This document shows, one piece after another, positions 30,649 through 39,979 of a stretch of 64,000 nt of DNA. The position numbers were made by a program, and so were the translations under genes. The DNA is from a virus. Numbering within the stretch: the first letter of the stretch is position 1; each line of letters begins with the position of its first letter. The DNA lies in IMG/VR virus record IMGVR_UViG_3300032223_001420, positions 22,491-86,490 of that record; one strand, written 5' to 3'. Below the pieces are notes generated by a model. The model was not told the DNA's origin. It did no database searches and saw only the letters and a list, made by a program, of their open reading frames with translations.

Positions 30649-33243
30649 ATGAGTCTTCGTAGACTTGCTGTAAATCCTCTTTCGTCACAGAGACTTACTG
30701 CTGCTAGAATTATCAATAACCTTTTATCTTTACAAAGATTATCGGTACCGGTACCATCGAGCATTGGTAGCATTTTTCAAGTAATTCAAATTTTTAATGG
30801 GACATCTACATGGTCTGTTCCATCTGGAACAACTTTAGTTGACTATCTAATTGTTGCAGGTGGTGGTTCTGGTGGTTATCAAACTGGCGGTGGAGGTGGT
30901 GCTGGTGGATTATTAACCGGAACAAATTTATCTGTAACTCCTGGACAAACTTTTACACTTGCGGTAGGTGGCGGTGGTGCCGAAACAACATCACCTTTAA
31001 GTAGAGGATCAAACGGATCGAATTCTGGAATTTATAGTTCATCACCATCACCATTTCCTGCTTTATGGTCTATTGGTGGTGGCGGTGGTGGTTATATAGC
31101 TAATGCTTATGGTGGAGGTTCCGGTGGTGGCGGCGGTGGAGACGGTCCAGGACCAACAAATGCAGGAGCACCGGGTACACCGGGACAAGGTTTTGGTGGA
31201 GGTGCTGGAGCATTTTTATCAGCATCTCCAGGCATTCCAGGTAATCCAGGTTATCGTTTTGCTGGCGGTGGCGGTGGTGGCGCAGGTACTGCGGGTTTTG
31301 ATGGATCAGTACCTGCTCCAGCACCATTAGTAGTTACTGGGGGTAATGGTGGTATAGGAATTTTTTCAACCATCTCTGGTTCAAATACAGGTTATGCTGG
31401 TGGTGGCGGTGGAGCTGCTATGCTTACGTTACCGGGCAATCAACAAACAGCAGGATATGGAGCGATCACTACTGGTGGTGCTAACGGTTCCATTTATGGT
31501 GCAAATGCAAATGCAGGAATTTCTGGAACAGGTGGCGGTGGAGGTGGTGCCTCAAATCCTGGTGCTGGCCCAGGATATGTTGGAGGTGGTAATAGCGGTG
31601 GATCGGGTGTCATCATTCTTCGTTATAGTGCATATCAAGCTGGCGCTTATATATTTTCGAATACGGGACAGCTTGTAATTCCTCAAGGTGTAACAGCAAT
31701 CGATTATCTTGTTGTTGCTGGCGGTGGCGGTGGTGCATCTTCTGGAATTGGCGCTGGTGGAGGTGCTGGTGGATTATTAACTGGTTCTGGTTATCCAGTA
31801 ATACCAGGACAACTTTATACAATTCAAGTTGGTTCTGGAGGAAATGCTGGATATCCAATAGGTAGCCAAGGATCAAATTCTGGCATATGGAATACATCAT
31901 CGGGAACCAATATATGGACTAATGGTGGTGGTTATGGTGCAGCGGCAAATCCAAGTCCAGGAACTGGAAATGGTGGGGGATCAGGTGGTTCTGGTGGTGG
32001 TGCCGCTGGTGGTGCTGTACCTGTTGCTATTTATCCGGGCGGCGCAGGTACTCCGGGTCAGGGAAATAATGGTGGTAACGCAGGATTTCTTGCTGCTGGG
32101 GGCGGCGGCGGAGCAGGCAGTGTTGGTGTTGTTGGTTCTTCTGGCACAACTGGCAATGGAGGTCTTGGTATTTTCTCCAGTATAAGTGGAGCCAATACAG
32201 CATACGCTGGCGGTGGTGGCTCAATAGGCGGTCCAGGTCCATCTATCAGTTATGGTGGAGGAGGCAACTCTAGAGGACCTGGTTATTATGGTTCAACAAG
32301 TTCTTTAATAGCACCTTATGGTGCATTTATAGGTACGCCTTTTGGTGCGGGTAGTGGCAACACTGGTGAAAGTGGAGTTTCAGGAACGGGCAGTGGTGGT
32401 GGAGGTGCAACTCCTCTGGCTGGTTCAGGTGGTTCGGGTATAGTAATCATTAAACCTTCTTCAATTCAAACTGGATATGCGACATGGACTTCTTCGAGCA
32501 TATGGACACCACCTGCCGGTGTTAGTTTGATTTCATATCTAATTGTTGCAGGTGGAGGTGGTGGGGGTCTAGCATCACCAAATGCTGGCGCTGGCGGCGG
32601 AGGTGGTGCTGGTGGCCTCAGAGCCGGATCAGGATTCCCTGTAACACCTACAGTGCCAATCACCGTAACAGTTGGTGCTGGCGGTGCTAGTCAAACAAAC
32701 GGTTCAAATTCTGGAATTTATGGAACATCTCCATTTCCTGCTATTTGGTCTACTGGTGGTGGACGAGGTGGCAACGATGATGGTGCCACATTTGCTGGTG
32801 GTCCAGGTGGTTCTGGTGGTGGAGCAGCATGTTCTGGGTTTGGCACTCCAACAAGTAGAATTGGTGGGCAAGGTAATTTAGGAGCATATACTCCAGCCGA
32901 AGGAACAGGTGGTGGTTCTGGAACAAGTAATCCAGGTGCTGCTGGTGGTGGTGGAGGTGCTTCTGCGAACGGTATAAGTGGAACACCTTCTGCTGGCGGT
33001 AATGGGGGAGTTGGAATTTTCTCAACCATATCTGGCTCAAATACTGGATATTCTGGTGGAGGTGGTGGTGGTACAAATGCACCAATAACTATAGGCTATG
33101 GTGCATTTACAAGTGGCGGTGCGAATGGAGTAACTTCGGGTACTGGTTCAAGTGCAGTATCTTATCAAGGCGGTGGTGGCGGTGGAGGTGCTACTGGTGG
33201 TGGTTCTGGTGGTTCCGGAGTTGTTGTTTTGAGATGGGTATAA
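30649..33243 (+). CDS. Glycine-rich putative adhesin/receptor-binding protein 1 (three tandem Gly-rich domains)
   Basis: Three repeats of (I/V)(D/S)YL(I/V)VAGGG ... GGSG(V/I)(V/I)(I/V). Confidence 0.7.
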   Translation: MSLRRLAVNPLSSQRLTAARIINNLLSLQRLSVPVPSSIGSIFQVIQIFNGTSTWSVPSGTTLVDYLIVAGGGSGGYQTGGGGGAGGLLTGTNLSVTPGQTFTLAVGGGGAETTSPLSRGSNGSNSGIYSSSPSPFPALWSIGGGGGGYIANAYGGGSGGGGGGDGPGPTNAGAPGTPGQGFGGGAGAFLSASPGIPGNPGYRFAGGGGGGAGTAGFDGSVPAPAPLVVTGGNGGIGIFSTISGSNTGYAGGGGGAAMLTLPGNQQTAGYGAITTGGANGSIYGANANAGISGTGGGGGGASNPGAGPGYVGGGNSGGSGVIILRYSAYQAGAYIFSNTGQLVIPQGVTAIDYLVVAGGGGGASSGIGAGGGAGGLLTGSGYPVIPGQLYTIQVGSGGNAGYPIGSQGSNSGIWNTSSGTNIWTNGGGYGAAANPSPGTGNGGGSGGSGGGAAGGAVPVAIYPGGAGTPGQGNNGGNAGFLAAGGGGGAGSVGVVGSSGTTGNGGLGIFSSISGANTAYAGGGGSIGGPGPSISYGGGGNSRGPGYYGSTSSLIAPYGAFIGTPFGAGSGNTGESGVSGTGSGGGGATPLAGSGGSGIVIIKPSSIQTGYATWTSSSIWTPPAGVSLISYLIVAGGGGGGLASPNAGAGGGGGAGGLRAGSGFPVTPTVPITVTVGAGGASQTNGSNSGIYGTSPFPAIWSTGGGRGGNDDGATFAGGPGGSGGGAACSGFGTPTSRIGGQGNLGAYTPAEGTGGGSGTSNPGAAGGGGGASANGISGTPSAGGNGGVGIFSTISGSNTGYSGGGGGGTNAPITIGYGAFTSGGANGVTSGTGSSAVSYQGGGGGGGATGGGSGGSGVVVLRWV

Positions 33244-33246
33244 ATA
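33239..33246 (+). promoter_or_regulatory. T4 late promoter TATAAATA
   Basis: Exact T4 late consensus upstream of the 33281 ORF. Confidence 0.7.
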
Positions 33247-33280
33247 ATGATTAGCAATTTTACTTTATAGGAGTGATTGA

Positions 33281-33694
33281 ATGAATAACAAAGAAATTGA
33301 ATATGCACATTACTTAATTGGTAACGATAATAAATTAGTTTGTGGTATCGACACAGCAATTAAAGCACTACGCCCAACCGCACGTTATGATATGGCAGCA
33401 TCAGGTGGGCATTTTACTTTTACTCGTTGGGAAGATGAAGCTGATACAAAAGCACCAACTAAAGCGGAGATTATGGCAGAGTTGGAATATCAGAATAAGT
33501 TTATTGAACACAATCAGTATTTTTTAGATCGTGCTGCAAACTATCCCGATATTACTGTTCTAGTAAATTTACTTTGGGAAGCAATGGATAATAGTGAGAT
33601 ACCAGGCAAAGGAACAAAGTTTTATAATGCAATCAAAGAAGTGAATGAGAAGTTTCCTAAACCAGAAGGTGATGCTCCAGTAAGACCAACATAA
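33281..33694 (+). CDS. XkdW-like / tail fibre assembly protein
   Basis: AIKALRPTA...W...PTKAEI...Y..DR...YP.I..L..LW pattern; follows an adhesin gene. Confidence 0.5.
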   Translation: MNNKEIEYAHYLIGNDNKLVCGIDTAIKALRPTARYDMAASGGHFTFTRWEDEADTKAPTKAEIMAELEYQNKFIEHNQYFLDRAANYPDITVLVNLLWEAMDNSEIPGKGTKFYNAIKEVNEKFPKPEGDAPVRPT

Positions 33695-33706
33695 CGAAAG
33701 AGTTAA

Positions 33707-34099
33707 ATGAGTTACATAGGAAACCAAGTCAAGTCAGTACCATACATCACTGATGTTTTTAGTGGAGCAGGTGGCACATCGTTTGGACCACTTACGATTG
33801 TACCAGCCAGCCCCGCTTCAGTTATGATATTTGTTGGTGGTGTATATCAACGACCAACATTAGATTATACACTGAGTGTTGACTATGTAAACTTTGTATC
33901 CGCACCAACATCAGGAACAAACAATATTGTCATTCATCATATTGGATATGGTTACATGTCAACCCAAGTTCCTGCTGATGGAACAGTAACCGCACCAAAA
34001 TTAGGTGTACAGTCGATCTATTCAAACAATTTTTCAACACAAGCAAATTCAACAATCACAGGAAAATCAGTAGCGATGGCTATTGTATTCGGAGGATAA
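33707..34099 (+). CDS. Fibre linker protein L2 (paralogue of L1)
   Basis: MSYIGNQ, GGVYQRP..DY, F.SAP.SGT.NI, ends AMAIVFGG. Confidence 0.6.
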   Translation: MSYIGNQVKSVPYITDVFSGAGGTSFGPLTIVPASPASVMIFVGGVYQRPTLDYTLSVDYVNFVSAPTSGTNNIVIHHIGYGYMSTQVPADGTVTAPKLGVQSIYSNNFSTQANSTITGKSVAMAIVFGG

Positions 34100-34104
34100 A
34101 ATAA

Positions 34105-34500
34105 ATGGCAGCACCAAATATCGTCGCAGTTTCAACCATTAATGGTAAATCAAATGTTGCCAACGTAACCACAGTTACTTCGAACGTTGTTGTGAATGCA
34201 ATAGGATCAGGTAAAGTATTTAAGATTAATACGATCTATATTTCTAATGTTGATGGTACAAATTCTGGTAATATTACTGTTGGTCTTTATAAAGCAGGTA
34301 ACACTGGTTCACAAAGGTCTGCTGACGGCACACTTTCAAATACAGTATTTTCACTTGCTAACGTAGTTACTGTTCCTGCTAAATCAACACTTGATCTTCT
34401 AAGTAAAACTCTTTATTTGGAAGAAGGAGATGTAATTACTGTCAAAGGCGATTCAAATAATCGTATGCATATGATTACATCATTCGAGGAACTAAGCTAA
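34105..34500 (+). CDS. Small adaptor-like virion protein A3
   Basis: 131 aa, MAAPNIV...KINTIYISNVDG...TVPAKSTL...YLEEGD...SFEELS. Confidence 0.6.
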   Translation: MAAPNIVAVSTINGKSNVANVTTVTSNVVVNAIGSGKVFKINTIYISNVDGTNSGNITVGLYKAGNTGSQRSADGTLSNTVFSLANVVTVPAKSTLDLLSKTLYLEEGDVITVKGDSNNRMHMITSFEELS

Positions 34501-34501
34501 G

Positions 34502-37018
34502 ATGCCACTTGGTTTAAATGGTGGTATAATTGGTGTATTAAATTCATCCACAAAAGCTGGCGGGGCATCTGGTCTTTGGTCGCACAGTGAAGTTGGTATC
34601 AATAGATTACAAGGATTGTGGCCAGACCCAACCAGTGTAGTTCGCACATTTACATCATCGACTACGTGGACCGCTCCAGGTGCAGTAACGATTGATTATT
34701 TCGTTGTTGCTGGTGGTGGCGGTGGAGCATCTGGCGCAGCAGGACCAGGTAATGCTGGCGGTGGTGGAGGTGGCGGTGCTGGTGGTTATCTCTCGGGCAC
34801 TGGGTTACCAATATCATCCGGACAAACATATACGATTGCAGTTGGTTCGGGTGGTGCAGGAGGAACAGCACCACCCGCCAATTTTAGTAACTATGGAAGT
34901 AACGGAACAAACTCTGGTATATTTGTTACATCATCTGGTGCAAATTTAATTCCTTCTTGGGCATATGGTGGTGGCGGTGGTGCTGGTGGAGATGCAACAC
35001 CCACAAGCATTGGTTATTCTGGTGGTTCAGGTGGTGGTGGAAATTCTAACGGTCCAGCCGCAGGTAAAGGAATTTATCCTGGCTCGGCTTTCATAGATGC
35101 TCCTAGACAAGGTTATGATGGAGGTACTGGTAGTACCGCAGGAGGCGCAGGTGGTGGTGCGGGTGCAGCCGCACTTTCTCCAGGTGGCGGAAATTTTACA
35201 ACTATTCCTGGTGGTTTGGGAGTATATAACTCACTCGTTGGTTCAAACACGTATTATGCTGTTGGTGGTGACGGTGGTCGAAATGATTTCCCTTCACCCA
35301 CTTTAACAGGTGCGACCGCTGCCAGTTCGACTGGTTCTGGTGGAGGTGGAGGAGGACAAGGAGGTGGCGGTGCATATTTAGGTGGTGCTGGTGGTTCGGG
35401 TATTATCGTACTCAAATATTCTTTGAACCCCACACTAAATTCCACTCCAATGGTTTTTTCAAATACAAGTCAACTTGTTATTCCAGATGGCGTAACATCT
35501 ATAGATTATTTAATTGTTGCTGGTGGTGGAGGCGCTGATTCTGGTGGCGGTGGTGGCGGTGGTTTAATAACAGGAACAGGTTTTCCTGTAACCCCAAATC
35601 AATCATATACTGTCGTTGTAGGTGCCGGAGGAGCAGGCGGTCGTAATGGTGGTGGATCAGGACCTTTATCCACTGCTGGTGGTAATTCAAGTTTTTCATC
35701 ACTGTGGACACATGGTGGAGGTAGAGGAGGTTCTAGTAATTCACCAAACTATCTAGGCGGTGTTGGTGGTTCTGGTGGTGGTTCGGGTCAAGCACTTTCT
35801 CCACCATCTGGTGGTGGAACATTTAATGGTGGAGCAGCGAATTCTGTAGTAGTCCAAGGCTATGCTGGTGGTCAAGGTGGAACTGATAACGGTTCATATC
35901 GTTATTCTGGTGGAGGTGGCGGGGCGGGTGCTGTTGGTGGCAATGGCACATCAACTGGTGGTGGAGTTGGTGGAAATGGTGGAGCAGGATTATTATCATC
36001 TTTATCTGGTACACCAACGTATTATGCTGGCGGAGGTGGTGGAAAAGGTGATTCTCCAACTGGTCAATCAACAGGCGGCACAGGTGGCGGTGGTGCTGGT
36101 GCATTAGGACCTACTGGAAATGGAAGTAGTGGTACTGCTTCAACCGGTGGCGGTGCGGGCGGTCAAAATTCAGGCAGTGCATATGGTGGTAATGGTGGTT
36201 CTGGTGTTGTTGTTATTAGATTTTCTGGCACGAAGCCTAATGTTTTTTCTGTATTTACTAGCACATCTTCGTGGACTGTACCAACAGGAATTACAGGAAT
36301 AAGTTATATGATTGTTGGTGGTGGCGGTGGTGGAGGTGCAGGATTTTCTGGAGGTGGTGGCGGTGGCGGTGGATTCCGTACAGGAACATTTTTAGTAACT
36401 CCAGGTTCAACATATACAGTTACAGTTGGCGCTGGTGGTGCAATTAATTCAGGTAATGGTTCCAATTCAGGAATCAGTGGTACTACAGGGTCCGTTTGGG
36501 CTGCTGGTGGGGGCGGTGGAGGTGGAACCGGTTCTGGTGCTCCTTCATTAGGATATGGTCAATCTGGTGGCTCTGGTGGCGGTAACGGAAGTAAAAATCC
36601 AGATGGTACTACAGTCGGGCAAGGAAACTCACCATATACAACACCGGTACAAGGATACAATGGTAACACAGGTGGAACTCCAGGTGGTGTTGATTGGGGT
36701 GGTGGCGGTGGTGGTGCAGGTGGAGCCGGTGGCGGTGGCGGATACAACGGTGTCGGTCAAGGCGGTTTAAGTGTATTTTCTTCATTCTCTGGATCAAATA
36801 CTTCATACGGTGGCGGTGGTGGTGCAGGAACAGCAAACGTTCCAGGTGGTTATGGAAATGGTGGCGGTGGTTCACAAGCTGCACCAATAGGAGATTTATC
36901 TGGTGGTAGTACAGGTTCTCCAGGAATAACAAATTCTGGTGGTGGCGGTGGCGGGCAACCTCAAGCACCCAATATTGGTGCTGGTGGTTCTGGAATCGTT
37001 ATCATCAAAGGATTATAA
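34502..37018 (+). CDS. Glycine-rich putative adhesin 2 (three Gly-rich domains)
   Basis: NGGIIG...GLWS...WP N-terminus; three IDY/ISY..V.GGG ... GGSG(I/V)(I/V) units. Confidence 0.7.
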   Translation: MPLGLNGGIIGVLNSSTKAGGASGLWSHSEVGINRLQGLWPDPTSVVRTFTSSTTWTAPGAVTIDYFVVAGGGGGASGAAGPGNAGGGGGGGAGGYLSGTGLPISSGQTYTIAVGSGGAGGTAPPANFSNYGSNGTNSGIFVTSSGANLIPSWAYGGGGGAGGDATPTSIGYSGGSGGGGNSNGPAAGKGIYPGSAFIDAPRQGYDGGTGSTAGGAGGGAGAAALSPGGGNFTTIPGGLGVYNSLVGSNTYYAVGGDGGRNDFPSPTLTGATAASSTGSGGGGGGQGGGGAYLGGAGGSGIIVLKYSLNPTLNSTPMVFSNTSQLVIPDGVTSIDYLIVAGGGGADSGGGGGGGLITGTGFPVTPNQSYTVVVGAGGAGGRNGGGSGPLSTAGGNSSFSSLWTHGGGRGGSSNSPNYLGGVGGSGGGSGQALSPPSGGGTFNGGAANSVVVQGYAGGQGGTDNGSYRYSGGGGGAGAVGGNGTSTGGGVGGNGGAGLLSSLSGTPTYYAGGGGGKGDSPTGQSTGGTGGGGAGALGPTGNGSSGTASTGGGAGGQNSGSAYGGNGGSGVVVIRFSGTKPNVFSVFTSTSSWTVPTGITGISYMIVGGGGGGGAGFSGGGGGGGGFRTGTFLVTPGSTYTVTVGAGGAINSGNGSNSGISGTTGSVWAAGGGGGGGTGSGAPSLGYGQSGGSGGGNGSKNPDGTTVGQGNSPYTTPVQGYNGNTGGTPGGVDWGGGGGGAGGAGGGGGYNGVGQGGLSVFSSFSGSNTSYGGGGGAGTANVPGGYGNGGGGSQAAPIGDLSGGSTGSPGITNSGGGGGGQPQAPNIGAGGSGIVIIKGL

Positions 37019-39454
37019 ATGGCTAAAAGATTCAATGGTGGTTTAATTGGCACACCAAACTTAACAACAATCACTAGAGCTACTGGTATTTGGTCACTTG
37101 GTGATGTACGAAATAGTATTTTAACGAATTCATGGCCACAAGCAACTCCAGTCGTATATACATTTTTATCATCAACTACATTTCAGATACCTGCGGATGT
37201 AGGTGCTATAGACTATTTTATAGTTGCAGGTGGTGGTGCGGGTGGTGGGCAAGGTAATGGTATTGGTGGTGGCGGTGGTGGAGGTGGAGGTTATCTAACA
37301 GGTTTAGCTGTACCAGTTATTTCTGGTGCAACATATACTATCGCTGTCGGTTCTGGTGGTACAGGAACAAGCGCCCAAACACAAGGTGCCAATGGAGGTA
37401 ACTCTGGCATATTTAATACAAGTTCTGGTACAACAGTAACACCGTGGGCAATTGGCGGTGGTGGAGGCGGTGGTGGTAATGGTGCCGCATCAAGTAATGG
37501 TTATGCTGGTGGTTCTGGTGGTGCTGCAAGTAATGGTAATGCTGGCGCAGGAACACCAGGTCAAGGTAATAACGGAGGTTCAGGAAATAATAGTGGAGCA
37601 CCAAACTATCGACTATCTGGTGGTGGCGGTGCAGGAGCTATTGGGCAAGATGGTAATTTTGGTGGTGCTGGCGGCGCAGGAATTTATTCATCGTTCTCTG
37701 GTGCTAACGTAGCATACGCTGGAGGTGGTGGCGGTGGAGGTAATGGGGGTTCTGCTGCTGCTATCGCAATTGGTGGCGGTGGTATAGGTGGCGGTGGAAG
37801 TGCAAATACAAACACCGGTGGTGGTGGCGGTGGCGCACAAAATGGCGGTACCAGTGGCAATGGTGGTTCGGGTATCGTTATGATTAGATGCTATCAATAT
37901 ACCACTGATGCTCTTATATTTAATAACACAACTCAATTTACAATACCTTCTGGCATAACAGCAATCGATTATCTTGTTGTTGCTGGCGGTGGCGGTGGTG
38001 GTGCACAATATGGAGGCGGTGGTGGCGGTGGAGGTGGTTATGTAGTTGGAAGCGCATTTCCGGTTTCTGGTACATTAAACATTGTTGTTGGTGCTGGCGG
38101 CACTGGAGGTGGAGCTGAACCAAATAGCGCACAAGGAACAAGAGGAGGTAACTCTTCAATAGCTGCAATTTCTTCGAATACCGCAATACTTGCTGTTGGT
38201 GGTGGATATGGGGGTCAAGGTGGCGCATATATTGCAGCCGGTGGCTCAGGTGGTTCTGGTGGAGGTGGAGGTGGTTTTGCTGGTGGTACAACAGCGATAG
38301 GTGGTATTGGATTTTTAGGTCAAGGAAATAATGGTGGTAGTGGTTATGGAACTGCAAATTATGGCTCCGGTGGAGGTGGGGGTGCCGGTCAAGTAGGAAC
38401 ATCTGCAGTAACAAATGCCCCAACATATAGTTCAGGAAAAGGTGGCGATGGACTATCATCATCATTATCTGGAACACCCACATATTATTCTGGAGGTGGT
38501 GGCGGTGGAGGTAATGGTGGTTCGGCAGCAGGTGGCTTAGGTGGTGGTGGAACTGGAGGTTCTTCTAGTAATCCCACAACACCCGCTCCTGGTTATTTTG
38601 GAACAACTGGTACACCAAATACTGGTGGCGGTGCTGGTGGTTCTGGAGGCAATTTGGGTGGTGTGAATGGTGGTTCGGGAATCGTAATCATTCGACCTTC
38701 ATATTATCAGTCACAATATAAAACTGCTGTATTTACTACAACCACATCATGGGTTGCAACAACTTCATTAGTTGATTATCTTGTCGTTGCAGGCGGTGGT
38801 GGTGGCAATGAAGGCGGCGGCGGTGCAGGAGGTTTCTTAACTGGCACTGGAATGTCATTAACGCCAGGTCAATCGTACTCAGTTATAGTTGGTGCTGGTG
38901 GTAGTGGTGGATCAGGAAGTTCGGTACTAGCAACAAACGGAGCAAACTCTTCATTTAATGGTATCAATTCTATTGGTGGTGGTTATGGTGGCGGTGGTAC
39001 CAATGGTGGAGCTAATAATGGTGGTTCAGGTGGCGGTGCATCAGCATCAACACAAGGTGGTCCATATGCTGGAGGAATTGGAATACTAGGTCAAGGTCTT
39101 GGTGGTGGCGGTGGTATAAGTGTTTCTGGTGTAGGTAACTTTACTGGTGGTGGAGGTGGTGCTGGTGCTAACGGAGAACCAGGTATTGGTAGCACTAGAT
39201 CAGGTAATGGTGGTATAGGTTTATCATCTTCTATATCTGGTATGCCAACTTATTACGCCGGCGGTGGTGGTGCTTGGGGTTCTCCTGGTACATTAACAAC
39301 ATCAGGAGGTATAGGTGGTGGCGGCAGCGGCACTACCGTAAGAGGAGATTATACTAACGCAGGAACGCCAGGAACTGGTAGTGGTGGTGGCGGTAATCCA
39401 AATCCTGTTGGCGGCAATGGTGGTTCGGGTATAGTAATTCTCAGATGGACATAA
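37019..39454 (+). CDS. Glycine-rich putative adhesin 3 (three Gly-rich domains)
   Basis: NGGLIG...GIWS...WP N-terminus; three DY(F/L)(I/V)VAGGG ... GGSGIV units. Confidence 0.7.
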   Translation: MAKRFNGGLIGTPNLTTITRATGIWSLGDVRNSILTNSWPQATPVVYTFLSSTTFQIPADVGAIDYFIVAGGGAGGGQGNGIGGGGGGGGGYLTGLAVPVISGATYTIAVGSGGTGTSAQTQGANGGNSGIFNTSSGTTVTPWAIGGGGGGGGNGAASSNGYAGGSGGAASNGNAGAGTPGQGNNGGSGNNSGAPNYRLSGGGGAGAIGQDGNFGGAGGAGIYSSFSGANVAYAGGGGGGGNGGSAAAIAIGGGGIGGGGSANTNTGGGGGGAQNGGTSGNGGSGIVMIRCYQYTTDALIFNNTTQFTIPSGITAIDYLVVAGGGGGGAQYGGGGGGGGGYVVGSAFPVSGTLNIVVGAGGTGGGAEPNSAQGTRGGNSSIAAISSNTAILAVGGGYGGQGGAYIAAGGSGGSGGGGGGFAGGTTAIGGIGFLGQGNNGGSGYGTANYGSGGGGGAGQVGTSAVTNAPTYSSGKGGDGLSSSLSGTPTYYSGGGGGGGNGGSAAGGLGGGGTGGSSSNPTTPAPGYFGTTGTPNTGGGAGGSGGNLGGVNGGSGIVIIRPSYYQSQYKTAVFTTTTSWVATTSLVDYLVVAGGGGGNEGGGGAGGFLTGTGMSLTPGQSYSVIVGAGGSGGSGSSVLATNGANSSFNGINSIGGGYGGGGTNGGANNGGSGGGASASTQGGPYAGGIGILGQGLGGGGGISVSGVGNFTGGGGGAGANGEPGIGSTRSGNGGIGLSSSISGMPTYYAGGGGAWGSPGTLTTSGGIGGGGSGTTVRGDYTNAGTPGTGSGGGGNPNPVGGNGGSGIVILRWT

Positions 39455-39457
39455 ATA
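39451..39457 (+). promoter_or_regulatory. Late promoter (ATAAATA)
   Basis: At the stop of adhesin 3, upstream of the 39505 ORF. Confidence 0.5.
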
Positions 39458-39504
39458 AATAACTAAATAGATTGAAATAGTTTTTAACAAAGGGAGTTTT
39501 TTAG

Positions 39505-39888
39505 ATGGCACATTTTGCACAACTTGATGATAATAATATTGTTACTCAGGTCATTGTTGTAGGTAACAATGAATTACTTGACGCCAATGGTCAAGAACGT
39601 GAAGAGCTTGGAGTGGCTTTTTGTCAACGACTATTTGGTGGTAATTGGAAACAAACATCATACAATCATAATTTGCGTTTTAGATATGCTGGTATTGGCT
39701 ATCATTACAACGCTGATCTTGATGCGTTTGTTCCACCAAAACCATTCCCATCATGGGTACTCGATAATACGACAGCGAATTGGAAAGCGCCAGTAGACTT
39801 GCCTTCTGATGCTGGTACAGGTGAACCACCTAAAACTTATCATTGGGATGAAGCAACAACTTCATGGGTTGCAGATACAACAACATAA
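39505..39888 (+). CDS. Adhesin-associated small protein (possible chaperone or tip cap)
   Basis: MAHFAQLD.NNIVTQVIVV...WKQTSYN...YAGIGY.Y....DAF..PKPFPSW...W.AP...Y.WDE..W, a motif that typically follows Gly-rich fibre genes in aquatic phages. Confidence 0.6.
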   Translation: MAHFAQLDDNNIVTQVIVVGNNELLDANGQEREELGVAFCQRLFGGNWKQTSYNHNLRFRYAGIGYHYNADLDAFVPPKPFPSWVLDNTTANWKAPVDLPSDAGTGEPPKTYHWDEATTSWVADTTT

Positions 39889-39903
39889 GTTATTATCATT
39901 CAA

Positions 39904-39934
39904 AATAAACCCTGCTTCGGCAGGGTTTTTTATT
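39904..39934 (+). terminator. Rho-independent terminator with C(UUCG)G loop
   Basis: aataaaccctgc-ttcg-gcagggttttttatt. Confidence 0.85.
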
Positions 39935-39979
39935 AGGCAATTCTGGAATGACTAAATAAACGATTAGAAGGAGAATACA

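Noticed and set aside
33707-34099. C-terminal GG (AIVFGG) as a ubiquitin-like conjugation tag
   Set aside because: Equivalent tails end in ALG, GGM or MGY, no beta-grasp fold is evident, and there are no E1/E2-like genes in the window; a docking role is more parsimonious.
37016-37021. Adhesins 2 and 3 are in frame and separated only by TAA, suggesting read-through fusion
   Set aside because: TAA is a strong stop, and adhesin 3 has its own complete N-terminal docking motif paralogous to that of adhesin 2.
30649-39454. Diversity-generating retroelement acting on the adhesins
   Set aside because: No reverse transcriptase and no TR/VR pair differing only at adenines is visible in this window.
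31100-39520. Many short His/Gln/Pro-rich or Val-rich ORFs overlapping the glycine-rich genes
   Set aside because: Alternative-frame and antisense shadows of GGT/GGC/GGA codon runs; no RBS and no independent coding signal.
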